From Thermomicrobiales bacterium (GTDB lineage: Bacteria; Chloroflexota; Chloroflexia; Thermomicrobiales; JALYUS01), in assembly GCA_050999735.1 (NCBI GenBank), contig JBPCPB010000284.1, positions 1 through 44,091 of the forward strand: 44,091 nucleotides of DNA, in the 5' to 3' direction. The position numbers were made by a program, and so were the translations under genes. Shown here piece by piece: positions 43,893-44,091 of the stretch (its first letter is position 1; each line of letters starts with the position of its first letter). The notes under the pieces are model-generated. The model saw nothing but the letters and a program-made list of their open reading frames with translations, was not told where the DNA came from and did not search any database.

Positions 43893-44091
43893 TCAAGGCG
43901 CATCCTCGCCGACGGGTGCTGCGTTCCATTCCTGCGCCATCGGGGACGCTTCCCAAGCGGTGAGGTCGAGCAGGCCAAGCCCGCGCCCGTACCCGGCCTC
44001 ATCGCCGTGAAAGTTCATCATGAATGCCATCCAGCGACCATCGGGGCTGATGTTCGAGTTGCTGGCCCGCCACGGTGATCGGTCGAAGAAG
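43893..44091 (-). CDS. 3' end of a gene running off the window; C-terminus resembles a PD40/TolB-type beta-propeller repeat
   Basis: Hand translation of the minus strand from 44090 gives FFDRSPWRASNSNISPDGRWMAFMMNFHGDEAGYGRGLGLLDLTAWEASPMAQEWNAAPVGEDAP, ending at stop TGA (43895-43893). SPDGRWMAF is PD40-like. It is absent from the ORF track because no start codon lies in the window. Confidence 0.4.
   Translation of the reverse strand, partial: FFDRSPWRASNSNISPDGRWMAFMMNFHGDEAGYGRGLGLLDLTAWEASPMAQEWNAAPVGEDAP

Noticed and set aside
1-44091. Search for CRISPR arrays, tRNA/rRNA genes, prophage or anti-phage defence modules
   Set aside because: I found no direct-repeat/spacer arrays and no tRNA-like T-arm or anticodon structures in the intergenic regions. 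There are no phage structural, nuclease/helicase or toxin-antitoxin-type genes. The only mobile functions are one serine recombinase and one IS.

Overview
GC-rich bacterial chromosomal segment with strong GGAGG-type ribosome-binding sites, Tat-signal lipoprotein solute-binding proteins and F420/LLM-type oxidoreductases. This fits Chloroflexota or Actinomycetota, but the taxon cannot be established from the sequence alone. No rRNA, tRNA or CRISPR was seen.

Layout:
(1) 1-2962 is a mobile-element junction. It holds a serine recombinase, a 5'-truncated ctaG-like remnant, and a complete about 1.39-kb IS with 24-bp terminal inverted repeats.
(2) 3058-13679 holds a GntR regulator, two CUT1-type sugar ABC importers (SBP plus 2 permeases each, no ATPase), and a Gfo/Idh/MocA dehydrogenase flanked by two xylose-isomerase-like TIM-barrel genes.
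(3) 13781-18231 holds an ABM protein, an FAH-family hydrolase, an LLM oxidoreductase, a cyclase and a 2-hydroxyacid dehydrogenase.
(4) 18391-33192 holds an IclR regulator, two Opp/Dpp-type (family 5 SBP) importers lacking ATPases, and an SDR, L-rhamnonate-dehydratase-like enolase, amidohydrolase_2 lactonase-like and extended-SDR set. That set resembles the non-phosphorylative L-rhamnose (or L-fucose) pathway.
(5) 33605-36292 is a GH78 alpha-L-rhamnosidase.
(6) 36318-43838 is the most unusual part. It is a co-directional array of five paralogous amidohydrolase_2 genes interleaved with three paralogous small Rieske [2Fe-2S] genes, ordered AH-Rieske / AH-AH-Rieske / AH-AH-Rieske. It is RBS-coupled to a small ORF and to the rhamnosidase, and has no oxygenase or reductase partner in the window.

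All functional calls come from motif recognition by eye. No database search was possible.
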